Origin: a virus
Lineage: Duplodnaviria > Caudoviricetes
Virus record (IMG/VR): IMGVR_UViG_3300023252_000179
Span: 1 to 39,590 of that record
DNA: 39,590 bases
Reading direction: 5' to 3' (one strand)
In this document: piece after piece, positions 17,863-27,307 of the stretch
How positions within the stretch are numbered: the first letter of the stretch is position 1
Layout of the letters: each line of letters begins with the position of its first letter
Notes under the pieces: model-generated
Databases searched by the model: none
What the model saw: the letters and a program-made list of their open reading frames with translations, nothing else
Told to the model about the DNA's origin: nothing
Program-made: the position numbers and the translations under genes

Positions 17863-17903
17863 AAAAGACATTCATGATTGTATAATAATCGTGAATGTCT
17901 TTT
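17863..17903 (+). terminator. Terminator of the marR-MFS operon (possibly bidirectional)
   Basis: AAAAGACATTCATGATT...AATCGTGAATGTCTTTT. Confidence 0.75.
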
Positions 17904-18050
17904 AGTGTATAAAAAGGCAATTTATTAACGCTGTAAATCTGCATTATTCAACTGGCATCTCAACTCCAACTAACATAGCAGTTGAATAATGGTCTTCAAC
18001 AAAACCAGCTAATAGAGGCTGATTGTTATTCAAGAAACGGGCGCGATTTT

Positions 18051-18142
18051 GGAACAAATGGAACAAATGAAACAGATGTAACAAAAAGAACAAATGTAAA
18101 ACATGTAGCATGTTTTGTGATAGGAAAAACATGTTGTAAACT
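18051..18142 (+). promoter_or_regulatory. Late promoter with tandem 9-bp activator-binding repeats
   Basis: Seven degenerate GGAACAAAT units (18051-18113), then TTGTGA-16-TAAACT; this layout is known upstream of terS for RinA/Ltr-type activators. Confidence 0.7.
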
Positions 18143-18147
18143 CGGAG

Positions 18148-18543
18148 GTAGGTTCGGTGCGGTAAATGTTTCTTCCCTTGGTATTTATGAAATACTAAAT
18201 ATTAGGGAAAGACAGACCGACGACCGACCTGCGCTTGTCAGATTAGTCCGGAGCGCGACATACATGGCCGGCCCATATATTTAAAAAGATTAGGTATCTT
18301 AATTAATATAAAGGGCTAAAAATCGAAAGAAGGAGTGGTTATTATGTGAACTTCGTCCACTTTCCATTTTAATCAGTCAAACTTACTAAACGTGCACGGA
18401 AATGCACGAACACAATTCGATACAATAATTAACGTGGAGAAGAAGCTCTACCACGGTTGCTAGAAGTGAGCTAACTCGACAGTTTTACCACATTAGAATA
18501 ATAGACGAATGTAAGACCCCTTGAGCGGATTCGAGGGGTTTTT
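18148..18543 (+). ncRNA. Long structured late leader RNA ending in a terminator
   Basis: 85-nt rod 18148-18232, several further hairpins, terminator 18514-18543; no credible ORF. Confidence 0.55.
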
Positions 18544-18562
18544 ATTATGAAAGGGGAAGGTT

Positions 18563-18766
18563 ATGAAACCACAAATTGAAAATAGCTTTATGTATCATGC
18601 TCCAAAAGAAGGGCAACCAGAAAAGTACGAGGCAATTCGTGAAAAAGCGAAAGAGCTTGCTTACTTGATTGAAGAAGTGTGTCCTAACAGCCGAGAGAAG
18701 TCAGTTGCAATGACGAATCTTGAAACAGCTGTAATGTGGGCTAATGCTTCGATCGCACGTAACTAA
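18563..18766 (+). CDS. Acb2/Tad1-like hairpin protein, candidate immune-signal sponge
   Basis: F.YHAP...CPNSREKSVAMTNLETAVMWANASIAR resembles the Tad1 SRENA.A.T..EEALMW helix; recognised by eye. Confidence 0.7.
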   Translation: MKPQIENSFMYHAPKEGQPEKYEAIREKAKELAYLIEEVCPNSREKSVAMTNLETAVMWANASIARN

Positions 18767-18930
18767 GAGCCTTCGGATGAGGGCTTTTTCTTTTGCTTTG
18801 AAAACTGCATCAAACAGCCAAAACGCTTTGGGTCGAGAGGGTAGAGTTTGGTGTGGTTTTGAGAGTGGAATATAAATAAAGTGTTCCAATTTTTTACCTC
18901 TCAAAGTATGATTGAGTGGGAGGTAAAAAC

Positions 18931-19398
18931 ATGCAAAATATTACATATGACTTGGGTAATTTAGCAGATTGGATTAGTGCTATAGGGACGATTGGGGCTT
19001 TATTCTTTGCGATTTTTTTAGCAACAAAAGATACTAGAACAAAAATAGAAATAACAATTATTAATGACAGAAGAAGAATGCTTTTAAATGAAAAGAATCC
19101 AGATACATATGAAATATGTGTAGTTAATACTAGATCAAGAGTGATTCATCTGCGTTCGATGAGTATGTATGTTAAAGAAAGGAATAAAGAAAAAAAGAGA
19201 ATAGCCAGAATTACTGATGGACAAGAACCTATACTTGGTTCAATACAATTCGGAGAAATTAAGACACATAAAATAGAAAGCAATTATTCAATATCATATG
19301 AACAAAATGTAAAAGGAACAAAATTTTATGTAGTTTTTGAGGATATTACAGGAAAAAAATTTAAGAAGCGATTTAATATTAACACCTTGATAGATTGA
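18931..19398 (+). CDS. Membrane-anchored hypothetical protein (moron)
   Basis: N-terminal TM (DWISAIGTIGALFFAIF), very AT-rich, own -10 (TATGAT 18908) and terminator 19381-19408. Confidence 0.75.
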   Translation: MQNITYDLGNLADWISAIGTIGALFFAIFLATKDTRTKIEITIINDRRRMLLNEKNPDTYEICVVNTRSRVIHLRSMSMYVKERNKEKKRIARITDGQEPILGSIQFGEIKTHKIESNYSISYEQNVKGTKFYVVFEDITGKKFKKRFNINTLID

Positions 19399-19541
19399 AG
19401 GTGTTTTTCTTTTGCCTTGAAAAGTGAGTGTCGAGCAGTCCTCCTCTTACTGCTGAACTAGCGGTACTTGTTTTTGAGTGTGAAATACACATTACAATTC
19501 ATTTCCAATTAATCTATAATGGAGTTGAGGGGGTGAATAAA

Positions 19542-19760
19542 ATGGATATAAAAACGATTATTGAAAACTTGAATTCTGGAAATTATCTTATAGAACATAC
19601 AGTTGTAGAAGAGGGTAATAACATTGTAATTGTAGGTCATCTCCAAGATAAAAAAGATTCTTCAGGATTTGGAAGACATGAGTTTGTAATAAGAAACAAA
19701 ACAGAGCAAAGTCAATTCCTTGATGCTTATACAGAAAAACTGAAGAAAATTCTAGGATAA
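19542..19760 (+). CDS. Small hypothetical protein (moron)
   Basis: TTACAA-17-TATAAT (19492-19520), RBS GAGGGGGTG, terminator 19764-19793. Confidence 0.7.
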   Translation: MDIKTIIENLNSGNYLIEHTVVEEGNNIVIVGHLQDKKDSSGFGRHEFVIRNKTEQSQFLDAYTEKLKKILG

Positions 19761-19820
19761 TCCAATGCCACTTTTTTATATAAGTGGCATTTTAATTTTT
19801 AAAGCAACTAGCATAATGGG

Positions 19821-20288
19821 GTGATGCCATTGATTGAACGTAAATTAACAGTAAAGCAACAAGCGTTTGCTGATTTCTATATTGAGCTAGGGAATGCCAC
19901 AGAAGCTTATTTAAAGGCATATCCTAATGTTAAGAAGGAAGCGACAGCGAGAGCAGCTGGAAGTCGAATGTTAACAAATGTTAGCGTGAATTCTTATATA
20001 GAAGAACGCATGGAGGAATTGAAATCTGAACGTGTAGCTGACCAGCAAGAAGTACTGGAGACATTAACAGCGATTCTCCGTGGTGATGCTACTGCTGCAA
20101 CATTAAGAAGCATTGATGTGGGTGTACAAAAGATTGAAGAGAATATGCCACCTACTATGACAGAGCGAATAAGAGCTGCTGAACTAATCGGGAAACGACA
20201 TGGCCTATGGATTGATAAACAGGAGATTAACGCGACTGTTACGCCAGTTTTCGTGGATGATATAAGTGGTGATAGCAATGACAGTTAA
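19821..20288 (+). CDS. terS: Terminase small subunit
   Basis: LTVKQQAFADFY...NATEAY...RAAELIGKRHGLW. Confidence 0.93.
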   Translation: MMPLIERKLTVKQQAFADFYIELGNATEAYLKAYPNVKKEATARAAGSRMLTNVSVNSYIEERMEELKSERVADQQEVLETLTAILRGDATAATLRSIDVGVQKIEENMPPTMTERIRAAELIGKRHGLWIDKQEINATVTPVFVDDISGDSNDS

Positions 20289-21543
20289 AAAACTATCTGA
20301 ATTACTACCACCAGCATTTCATTCAGTTTGGCGAGCATCTATTGCAACCGATATTTTAAATGTCGTATGTAAGGGTGGTCGTGGTTCTGGTAAATCATCA
20401 GACATAGCTCATATCATCACGCAGTTACTTATGCGGTACGCTGTAAATGCTGTCGGTATCCGTAAAGTTGATAACACCATTGAGACATCGATATTCGAGC
20501 AAATGAAGTGGGCCATAAACGAACAAGGGGTGTCACACCTATTTAAAATCAATAAGTCACCGATGAGGATAACATACATTCCACGTGGTAACTACATGAT
20601 TTTTCGTGGTGCACAAGATCCTACTCGAATTAAATCTTTAAAGAGTGCAAACTTTCCTTTTGCACTTGCATGGCTAGAGGAATTAGCGGAATTTAAGACA
20701 GAAGAAGAAGTAACGACCATTACCAACTCATTACTACGTGGTGAGCTTGGGAATGGTCTTTTTTATAAGTTTTTTTATACGTATAACCCACCTAAGCGTA
20801 AACAGTCGTGGGTGAATAAGAAGTATGAAAGCTCATTTCAGCCTGATAACACGTTTGTTCATAAGTCTTCTTACCTTGATAACCCTTTTATCTCAAAGCA
20901 GTTTATCGAGGAAGCACAGGCTGCTAAAGAGCGTAATGAATTACGTTACCGTTGGGAATACCTCGGTGAAGCGATAGGGAGTGGTGTTGTGCCATTTGAT
21001 AACTTACAGATTGAAAAAGGTTCAATTACTGATGAAATGGTAGCGTCCTTTGACAATATCCGTAACGGTGTTGACTTTGGTTATGCTACAGACCCATTAG
21101 CCTTTGTCCGTTGGCATTATGACAAGAAGAAAAACGGAATCTATGCAATCGATGAAATTTATGGTGTGAAAATTAGTAATCGTAAGTTAGCAGAGAAATT
21201 GAAAGCTAAAGGCTACCAATCAGACCGTATAGCAGCAGAATCAGCCGAGCCTAAATCGATTGATGAATTGCGTGATGAATTAGGAATAAAACGTATTTAT
21301 GGCGTGAAAAAGGGCCCTGACAGCGTGGAATATGGCGAAGAGTGGCTGGATGATTTAGATTTCATTTGTATTGATCCGAACCGTACCCCTAACATTGCTA
21401 GAGAGTTTGAAAACATTGATTATCAAACTGATAAAGACGGTAATCCAATTCCTAGATTAGAGGACAAGGATAACCACACCATTGATAGTACTCGATATGC
21501 ATTTGAAGAGGATATGCGTGGTAGCACATACAGCTTCGATTAG
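20278..21543 (+). CDS. terL: Terminase large subunit, PBSX/SPP1 family
   Basis: GGRGSGKS, WLEE, YNPP, GVDFG, DNHTIDSTRY. Confidence 0.96.
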   Translation: MTVKKLSELLPPAFHSVWRASIATDILNVVCKGGRGSGKSSDIAHIITQLLMRYAVNAVGIRKVDNTIETSIFEQMKWAINEQGVSHLFKINKSPMRITYIPRGNYMIFRGAQDPTRIKSLKSANFPFALAWLEELAEFKTEEEVTTITNSLLRGELGNGLFYKFFYTYNPPKRKQSWVNKKYESSFQPDNTFVHKSSYLDNPFISKQFIEEAQAAKERNELRYRWEYLGEAIGSGVVPFDNLQIEKGSITDEMVASFDNIRNGVDFGYATDPLAFVRWHYDKKKNGIYAIDEIYGVKISNRKLAEKLKAKGYQSDRIAAESAEPKSIDELRDELGIKRIYGVKKGPDSVEYGEEWLDDLDFICIDPNRTPNIAREFENIDYQTDKDGNPIPRLEDKDNHTIDSTRYAFEEDMRGSTYSFD

Positions 21544-21557
21544 AAAGAGGTGAGAAC

Positions 21558-23066
21558 ATGACAGGATACTTTCCGTTCCAAGGTGCCGGAACTGATACGG
21601 ACAGACTCAATAACATTATTAACAACGGTTCATCCACCATTTTGAGCAACCTTAGAGTATTAGAAAAACAGATTAGTAAGTTTAAATCATCTGAACAATT
21701 AAAATGGATGCGTATTGGTGAAGCTTATTATGAAGGTGAGCAAGATATCTTAAAACGTAAACGTAAAGTTATCGGTAATGGTGGGCGGTTAGAGATTGCC
21801 GAGAACCTTCCGAATAACAAAATATTAGATAATCAGTATGCAAAACTAGTAGATCAAAAGGTTAACTTTCAACTTGGTAAGCCACTAACTATTGAAGCTG
21901 AAAATGAGACGTACCTGAAATTGTTGCAAGGTATTTTTGATAAACGTTTCCACCGTACTTTCCGAAACGTTGGTTATGACGCATTGAATGCGGGTATCGC
22001 TTGGTTATTTCCGTATTACAACGAGCATGGTGAGTTCACATTCAAACGTTTTTCAAGTCACGAGATATTACCATATTGGCAAGATGCAGAACGCACAGTA
22101 CTAGATTATGCGGTACGGATGTACACGGTTTTTGGCTATGAGGGGGATAAAGAAGTCATTACCGAGAAGGTGGAAATATACAGTACCGATGGAGTTAAAC
22201 GTTATGTTTGGTTTAACGGACAACTGGTAGTTGATGTGGAAAATCCCTCTGCTCCATACTTAACGGTAGTTGATGATGAAGGCAATGAAATGGGTATGAA
22301 CTGGCAACGTGTACCGTTAATACCGTTTAAATTTAACAGCAAGGAAATACCGCTAATCAAGCGTGTTAAGGCGTTACAAGATGGAATTAACATCATGCTC
22401 AGTGATTTTGAAAACAACATGCAAGAAGATGCTCGAAACACTATTCTTGTACTTCATAACTATGATGGGCAGGATTTAGGCCAATTCAGGCGTAATCTGG
22501 CTCAGTACGGTGCGGTTAAAGTACGTTCTGGTGATGGTGTAAAGGGTGGTGTCGAGACTTTAACAATCGAGGTCAATGCTGATAATTATAAATCCATTCT
22601 TTCATTGTTTAAGAAAGCACTCATTGAAAATGGCCGTGGTTATGACGCTAAAGACGAACGTATGGCTAACAACCCAAACCAAATGAACATCCAATCTATG
22701 TATAGTGATATCGAACTTGATGCAAATGGTATTGAGACTGAGTTCCAAGCATCCTTCGAGGAATTATTATGGTTTGTTAATCAACATTTAGCCAATACAG
22801 GCCAAGGAGACTTTGAAGGTGAACAGGTAAATATTGTGTTTAACCGCGATATCTTAATCAATGAAAAAGAAGTCGTTGAGGTATTAGAGAAATCACCTTA
22901 CTTATCAGAAGAAACAAAGATTGCCCAACATCCATATATAAAAGATGTGCAACTAGAATTAGAACGCAAGAAGAAGGAACAGCAAGAGCAAATGAATATG
23001 ATGGACAATTATGAAACGACCTTCCAAAAAAAGCAAGGTGATGTAGATGACCAAGCCGACGCGTAG
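21558..23066 (+). CDS. Portal protein, SPP1 gp6-like
   Basis: YYEGEQDIL, NQYAKLVDQ, VPLIPF; follows terL. Confidence 0.93.
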   Translation: MTGYFPFQGAGTDTDRLNNIINNGSSTILSNLRVLEKQISKFKSSEQLKWMRIGEAYYEGEQDILKRKRKVIGNGGRLEIAENLPNNKILDNQYAKLVDQKVNFQLGKPLTIEAENETYLKLLQGIFDKRFHRTFRNVGYDALNAGIAWLFPYYNEHGEFTFKRFSSHEILPYWQDAERTVLDYAVRMYTVFGYEGDKEVITEKVEIYSTDGVKRYVWFNGQLVVDVENPSAPYLTVVDDEGNEMGMNWQRVPLIPFKFNSKEIPLIKRVKALQDGINIMLSDFENNMQEDARNTILVLHNYDGQDLGQFRRNLAQYGAVKVRSGDGVKGGVETLTIEVNADNYKSILSLFKKALIENGRGYDAKDERMANNPNQMNIQSMYSDIELDANGIETEFQASFEELLWFVNQHLANTGQGDFEGEQVNIVFNRDILINEKEVVEVLEKSPYLSEETKIAQHPYIKDVQLELERKKKEQQEQMNMMDNYETTFQKKQGDVDDQADA

Positions 23067-24636
23067 TTATTGGCAAAAGCGTTTTGAGATGTTAGAACAA
23101 GCACAGCATAATAAATCAGCATCATACTATAAAGACCTCGAAAAAGCGTATATTCAAACCATGCAAGAAATGGAAAAGGATATTTCCCGATGGTATCAAC
23201 GTTTTGCTAAGAACAATGAAATTTCATTGGATGAAGCCAAACGGTTATTAAAAAGTGATGAATTACGTGAGTTTCGTTGGACAGTAGAAGAATATATCGA
23301 ATACGGCAAAAAGAATGCTATTAATCAGCAATGGATGAAACAACTTGAAAATGCTTCTTCTCGTGTCCATATAAGCCGTTTAGAGAGTCTGCAGTTACAA
23401 TTAAAGCAACCTGTAGAAAAGCTTTATGGAGGGCAAATTGAGAGTTTTGAACAATTGGTAAAAGAAACTTATCAGACGCAATACTATCAAACAGCATTTG
23501 AGGTGCAAAAAGCTTTTGAAATAGGCTTTACTTTGCAAGCACTGGATGAAACAAAGCTTACAAAAATAATTAGCAAACCGTGGACTGCTGATGGTCGCAC
23601 ATTTAGTCAAAAGATATGGCGAGATCGAAATATGTTGTTAGATACGTTGCATACAGAACTTATCCAATCAATGGCACGAGGCGAAGCTCCTAATCGTATG
23701 ATTTCAGCAATCACAAGAAAAATGAATACTTCACGCTCAAACGCTGCTCGTCTAGTTATGACTGAGTCAGCGTTTTTTAGTGCTGCTGCGCAAAAGGATG
23801 TTTATCAAGAGCTTGATGTAGAGCATTATGAAATCATCGCAACTTTAGATCATAAAACAAGTAGCATATGCCAATCCATGGACGGGAAGGTATTTAAGCA
23901 AGAGGATTTCGAACCTGGAGTTACAGCAAATCCATTTCATCCACATTGTCGTAGTACGACAGCGCCTTATTTTGAAGATGATTATAGCGAACGCATTGCC
24001 CGTGATTTAGACGGCCAAACATATTACGTTTCTAGCAATATGAAGTATGAAGAATGGTATCAAACGCAGGTTGAAAAACACGGTGAGCGAAAGATTGCTA
24101 TTGAAAAAAAGAAACGTAATAACAAAAGTAGTGATAAGTTACAGTTCGAAAAAACAAAAGAAATGATAGGTAAGCAAGGTCCTAATTCTTTGGATGCTTT
24201 CCAAGATTTAAAGTATAATAATAGCAATGAATGGAATTTGCTGAATGACTACAAGAAATCCAGAGAAAATAATATGATTTCTCCGTATACTTCATTTGAT
24301 GATTATGTTCTATATAAAAACAGAATCAATAACGAATTAATAGGAATAACAACTGCAGACGGTACGCTAATTAAGGCTCAGTCAAAACATTTTATTGAGC
24401 GTCTATTTGGTACGAATGAAGATCCTCATACTAAGCTAGCAAGGAACGGTGTGTCACTGGAGGAAATCAAAGAAGCTTTGCTGTATGGTAATGTAAAAGA
24501 GAGAGCGAACCAAAGTAGACAGTACATTGGTAATACTTGTGAGGTAAGTGTAAATCCTGAAACGGGTAACTTAATTCAAGTAAATCCTATATCATCGAGG
24601 AGGGGACAAAGTGAAACTAAAAAAAGAGGATTATGA
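23047..24636 (+). CDS. MuF/SPP1 gp7-like minor head protein with C-terminal putative toxin domain
   Basis: ARLVMTE, ATLD..TS.IC..MDG and PFHPHCRS MuF motifs, followed by an extension of ~180 aa. Confidence 0.88.
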   Translation: MTKPTRSYWQKRFEMLEQAQHNKSASYYKDLEKAYIQTMQEMEKDISRWYQRFAKNNEISLDEAKRLLKSDELREFRWTVEEYIEYGKKNAINQQWMKQLENASSRVHISRLESLQLQLKQPVEKLYGGQIESFEQLVKETYQTQYYQTAFEVQKAFEIGFTLQALDETKLTKIISKPWTADGRTFSQKIWRDRNMLLDTLHTELIQSMARGEAPNRMISAITRKMNTSRSNAARLVMTESAFFSAAAQKDVYQELDVEHYEIIATLDHKTSSICQSMDGKVFKQEDFEPGVTANPFHPHCRSTTAPYFEDDYSERIARDLDGQTYYVSSNMKYEEWYQTQVEKHGERKIAIEKKKRNNKSSDKLQFEKTKEMIGKQGPNSLDAFQDLKYNNSNEWNLLNDYKKSRENNMISPYTSFDDYVLYKNRINNELIGITTADGTLIKAQSKHFIERLFGTNEDPHTKLARNGVSLEEIKEALLYGNVKERANQSRQYIGNTCEVSVNPETGNLIQVNPISSRRGQSETKKRGL

Positions 24637-24883
24637 TTTTCTAGCGGAGCATGTACCTGAAATAGAAGAGTATGTGGAAAATAAAACAACCGATAGTCGC
24701 TTCGTTCATTTTGACTTAAGCGATGAAAACTTCCGGAATATCCAATCCGATATCAACTTTAGTATCGTTAGTCAGGGTATGGACCAACAAGATACTGTTA
24801 ATGAGATCGGTAAGAGATTGTATAAAATTTATGATTTATTACCGTATTTAGATGAACCAAATTTAGAATATTTTAATGTATAG
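24611..24883 (+). CDS. Putative immunity protein for the MuF toxin
   Basis: Small acidic ORF overlapping the muF stop, followed by terminator 24882-24918. Confidence 0.65.
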   Translation: MKLKKEDYDFLAEHVPEIEEYVENKTTDSRFVHFDLSDENFRNIQSDINFSIVSQGMDQQDTVNEIGKRLYKIYDLLPYLDEPNLEYFNV

Positions 24884-25020
24884 AGCACTGAACCGGTTAT
24901 TTATGGTTGAGTGCTTTTATTATGCTTATTCGTCTTTATAGCGCTTGTAGACGTTAAAGAACAAGTGTCCAAACGCTATCGTGCCGTTGCACGTAAAACA
25001 CGAATTAGGAGGCTAATCAG

Positions 25021-25614
25021 ATGAAAAAAGAAGATTTAATTGCAATGGGGTTAAGCGAGGAGCAAGCTGATGCTGTTGTTGGTAAATATGGAACAATGAT
25101 TCCTCAAGAACGCTTTGATGAGGTAAACACTGCCAAGAAAACACTCGAAGAACAAGTGAAAAATCATGAAACTCAGTTGAAGGGATTGCAAGATAAAGCA
25201 AAAGGTAATGAGGAACTTCAATCAACGATTACCGAGTTGCAACAGGCAAATGAAACAGCTAAAAAAGAATACGAGCAACAATTGAAAAATGAACGTATGA
25301 ATGCAGCACTAAAATTGTCATTACACAGCAAAGTACATGATATCGATTTGGTTGCTGGGCTCATTGATAAAACAGCAATCGAGTTAAATGAAGATGGAAA
25401 AGTAGCAAAAGGACTTGAGGAGCAACTTAAAACGTTGCAAGAATCAAAGTCCTTTTTATTTGTGCCAGAAAAGCAACAGCCGACATTCAAAGGTTGGAAT
25501 CCTGCTGGTGGAGAAAAGGGAGCAGATAGCGAATTAGACGCTGGTAGCGCATTCGCTAAACAGTTTAATGAAAAAGGTGCTGTGGGTTCTGATACTCCGA
25601 ACCCGTGGAGCTAA
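25021..25614 (+). CDS. Capsid scaffolding protein (GP20-like)
   Basis: MKKEDLIAMGLSEEQ..IPQERFDEVN, coiled coil, KSFLF. Confidence 0.9.
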   Translation: MKKEDLIAMGLSEEQADAVVGKYGTMIPQERFDEVNTAKKTLEEQVKNHETQLKGLQDKAKGNEELQSTITELQQANETAKKEYEQQLKNERMNAALKLSLHSKVHDIDLVAGLIDKTAIELNEDGKVAKGLEEQLKTLQESKSFLFVPEKQQPTFKGWNPAGGEKGADSELDAGSAFAKQFNEKGAVGSDTPNPWS

Positions 25615-25640
25615 TTTAATCAAAAGGAGGGCATACACAA

Positions 25641-25955
25641 ATGCCATATGTAAAAGGAGTAACAAATTACAACCGTATTAATTTTTTAGCATCTTCTAAG
25701 GTGCAAGCTTTCACTACGTTAGTAAGTGATTCAGGAATAACTGCTGATGCTAACGGAAAGAAAATCGTGAAAGCTGGAACAATCCTTCCTGCAAACGATG
25801 CTACAGCTAAAGGTATTCTTTACAACGATGTTGACGTAACAAACGGACCACAACCAGGTTCTTTAATTGTTGAAGCGTACATTTTAGAATCACGATTACA
25901 CACTGCGCCGTCTGCTGAAGCAAAAACAGCATTAAAAGAAATTAAATTTCGATAA
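25641..25955 (+). CDS. Head decoration protein
   Basis: GKKIVKAGTI...GIL..DVDVT.G; between scaffold and capsid. Confidence 0.75.
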   Translation: MPYVKGVTNYNRINFLASSKVQAFTTLVSDSGITADANGKKIVKAGTILPANDATAKGILYNDVDVTNGPQPGSLIVEAYILESRLHTAPSAEAKTALKEIKFR

Positions 25956-25975
25956 TTGAAAGGTGGAAAAACAAT

Positions 25976-27001
25976 ATGCCAGATATCTTAGAGTTATTTG
26001 ATAACAAAACTGTTCTTAGTTATTTAAAGGAGCGTAAATTAACACCGTTTTTGGGTGAGACGCTTTTCCCTGAAGTAAAGCACGATACACTTGAATTTGA
26101 ATATTTAGTAGGTGCCAGCAATCTGCCGGTTGCTGCTAAAATTCACGCTTTCGATACAGAGGCGGAAATCGGTTCTGTAGAGTTTGGTGAACAAGCACTT
26201 GAAGCAGCTTACATTAAAAAGAAATACCAAATTAAAGAGAAGGACTTAATCGCTCTACAATTCCCTCGTACACCACAAGAGCAACAGGTGTTAATGGGAC
26301 GCGTATTTAATTTAATTGATCGTGCTGTTGGTGATGTTCGTGCTGAAAAAGAAGTTATGCGTATGCAAGCGTTAGCGAATGGTCAGCTTTCACTTGCTAT
26401 GGAAGGTGGCGAAACATTAACTGTTGATTATAAAGTGCCGAATGAACATAAAGAAGCATTATCCGGTACAGATTTATGGAATTTAGAAACGGCTGATATC
26501 CTTGGTGATATTCAACGTTGGTCGGATGCATTAGACGAGAAACCAACGCGTGCTTTGACATCGACGACAATTCTTAGTCAGATTTTACGCAACGCAAAAA
26601 TTATTGCTGCTTTATTCGGTAAAGACAGTGGTCGAGTTGCTACTTTAGCTGATTTAAATGCATTTATGCAATCACATGGTTTGCCTACAATCGCGACATA
26701 TGATTCAAAGTACCGAGTACAGAACGCAAATGGGACATATACAACAATGCGTTACTTCCCAGAAAACAAATTTGTAATGTTTGGTGATGCTCAATTAGGA
26801 GAAACTCTTCATGGACCAACCCCTGAAGAATCACGCCTTCTACGCCAAGGTAATGAGGAAGTACAAAACGCGGGTAATGTCATCGGTATGATTTTTGAGG
26901 AAGGTTTAGATCCAGTATCAACTTGGGCAAAAGCAGCATCAACTGCAATTCCATCGTTCCCAGAAGCAAATAACGTATTCCAAGCACAGCCAATTGCATA
27001 A
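25976..27001 (+). CDS. Major capsid protein (gpE-like)
   Basis: 341 aa; LFP, EVMRMQALANG, VDYKVP motifs; position. Confidence 0.92.
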   Translation: MPDILELFDNKTVLSYLKERKLTPFLGETLFPEVKHDTLEFEYLVGASNLPVAAKIHAFDTEAEIGSVEFGEQALEAAYIKKKYQIKEKDLIALQFPRTPQEQQVLMGRVFNLIDRAVGDVRAEKEVMRMQALANGQLSLAMEGGETLTVDYKVPNEHKEALSGTDLWNLETADILGDIQRWSDALDEKPTRALTSTTILSQILRNAKIIAALFGKDSGRVATLADLNAFMQSHGLPTIATYDSKYRVQNANGTYTTMRYFPENKFVMFGDAQLGETLHGPTPEESRLLRQGNEEVQNAGNVIGMIFEEGLDPVSTWAKAASTAIPSFPEANNVFQAQPIA

Positions 27002-27014
27002 GGAGGCCATGTAA

Positions 27015-27296
27015 ATGAAATTAGTTGAAGTTATTGACATTCCAGTTCGTTATAATGGCGTAACCCATCCAAAAGGTGATTCGTTTGAGATGGAGGACGG
27101 CCATGTGAACGAAAAACTTGTAAAAGTTATCGGTGAGGTTGCTGCTAATCAATCTAATTCATTGGATAATCCGTTCGAAGGAATGTCTCTTGAAGAATTG
27201 AAGTTATACGCAGAACAACACAACGTAGACATCGGTAAAGCGACAACAGAAGAAGGAATTATCAAGAAAATCGAAGAAGCTCAAAAAGCTGAATAG
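27015..27296 (+). CDS. Small head-associated protein with HeH/Rho-N-like C-terminus
   Basis: MSLEELKLYAEQHNVDIGKAT. Confidence 0.65.
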   Translation: MKLVEVIDIPVRYNGVTHPKGDSFEMEDGHVNEKLVKVIGEVAANQSNSLDNPFEGMSLEELKLYAEQHNVDIGKATTEEGIIKKIEEAQKAE

Positions 27297-27307
27297 GACG
27301 TGATTGA

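Noticed and set aside
18051-18113. CRISPR array or coding repeat
   Set aside because: 9-bp tandem units without spacers and no cas genes; fits activator-binding repeats
17982-18284. 100-aa ORF (and antisense 17944-18132)
   Set aside because: No RBS; it merely translates the promoter repeats and the structured leader
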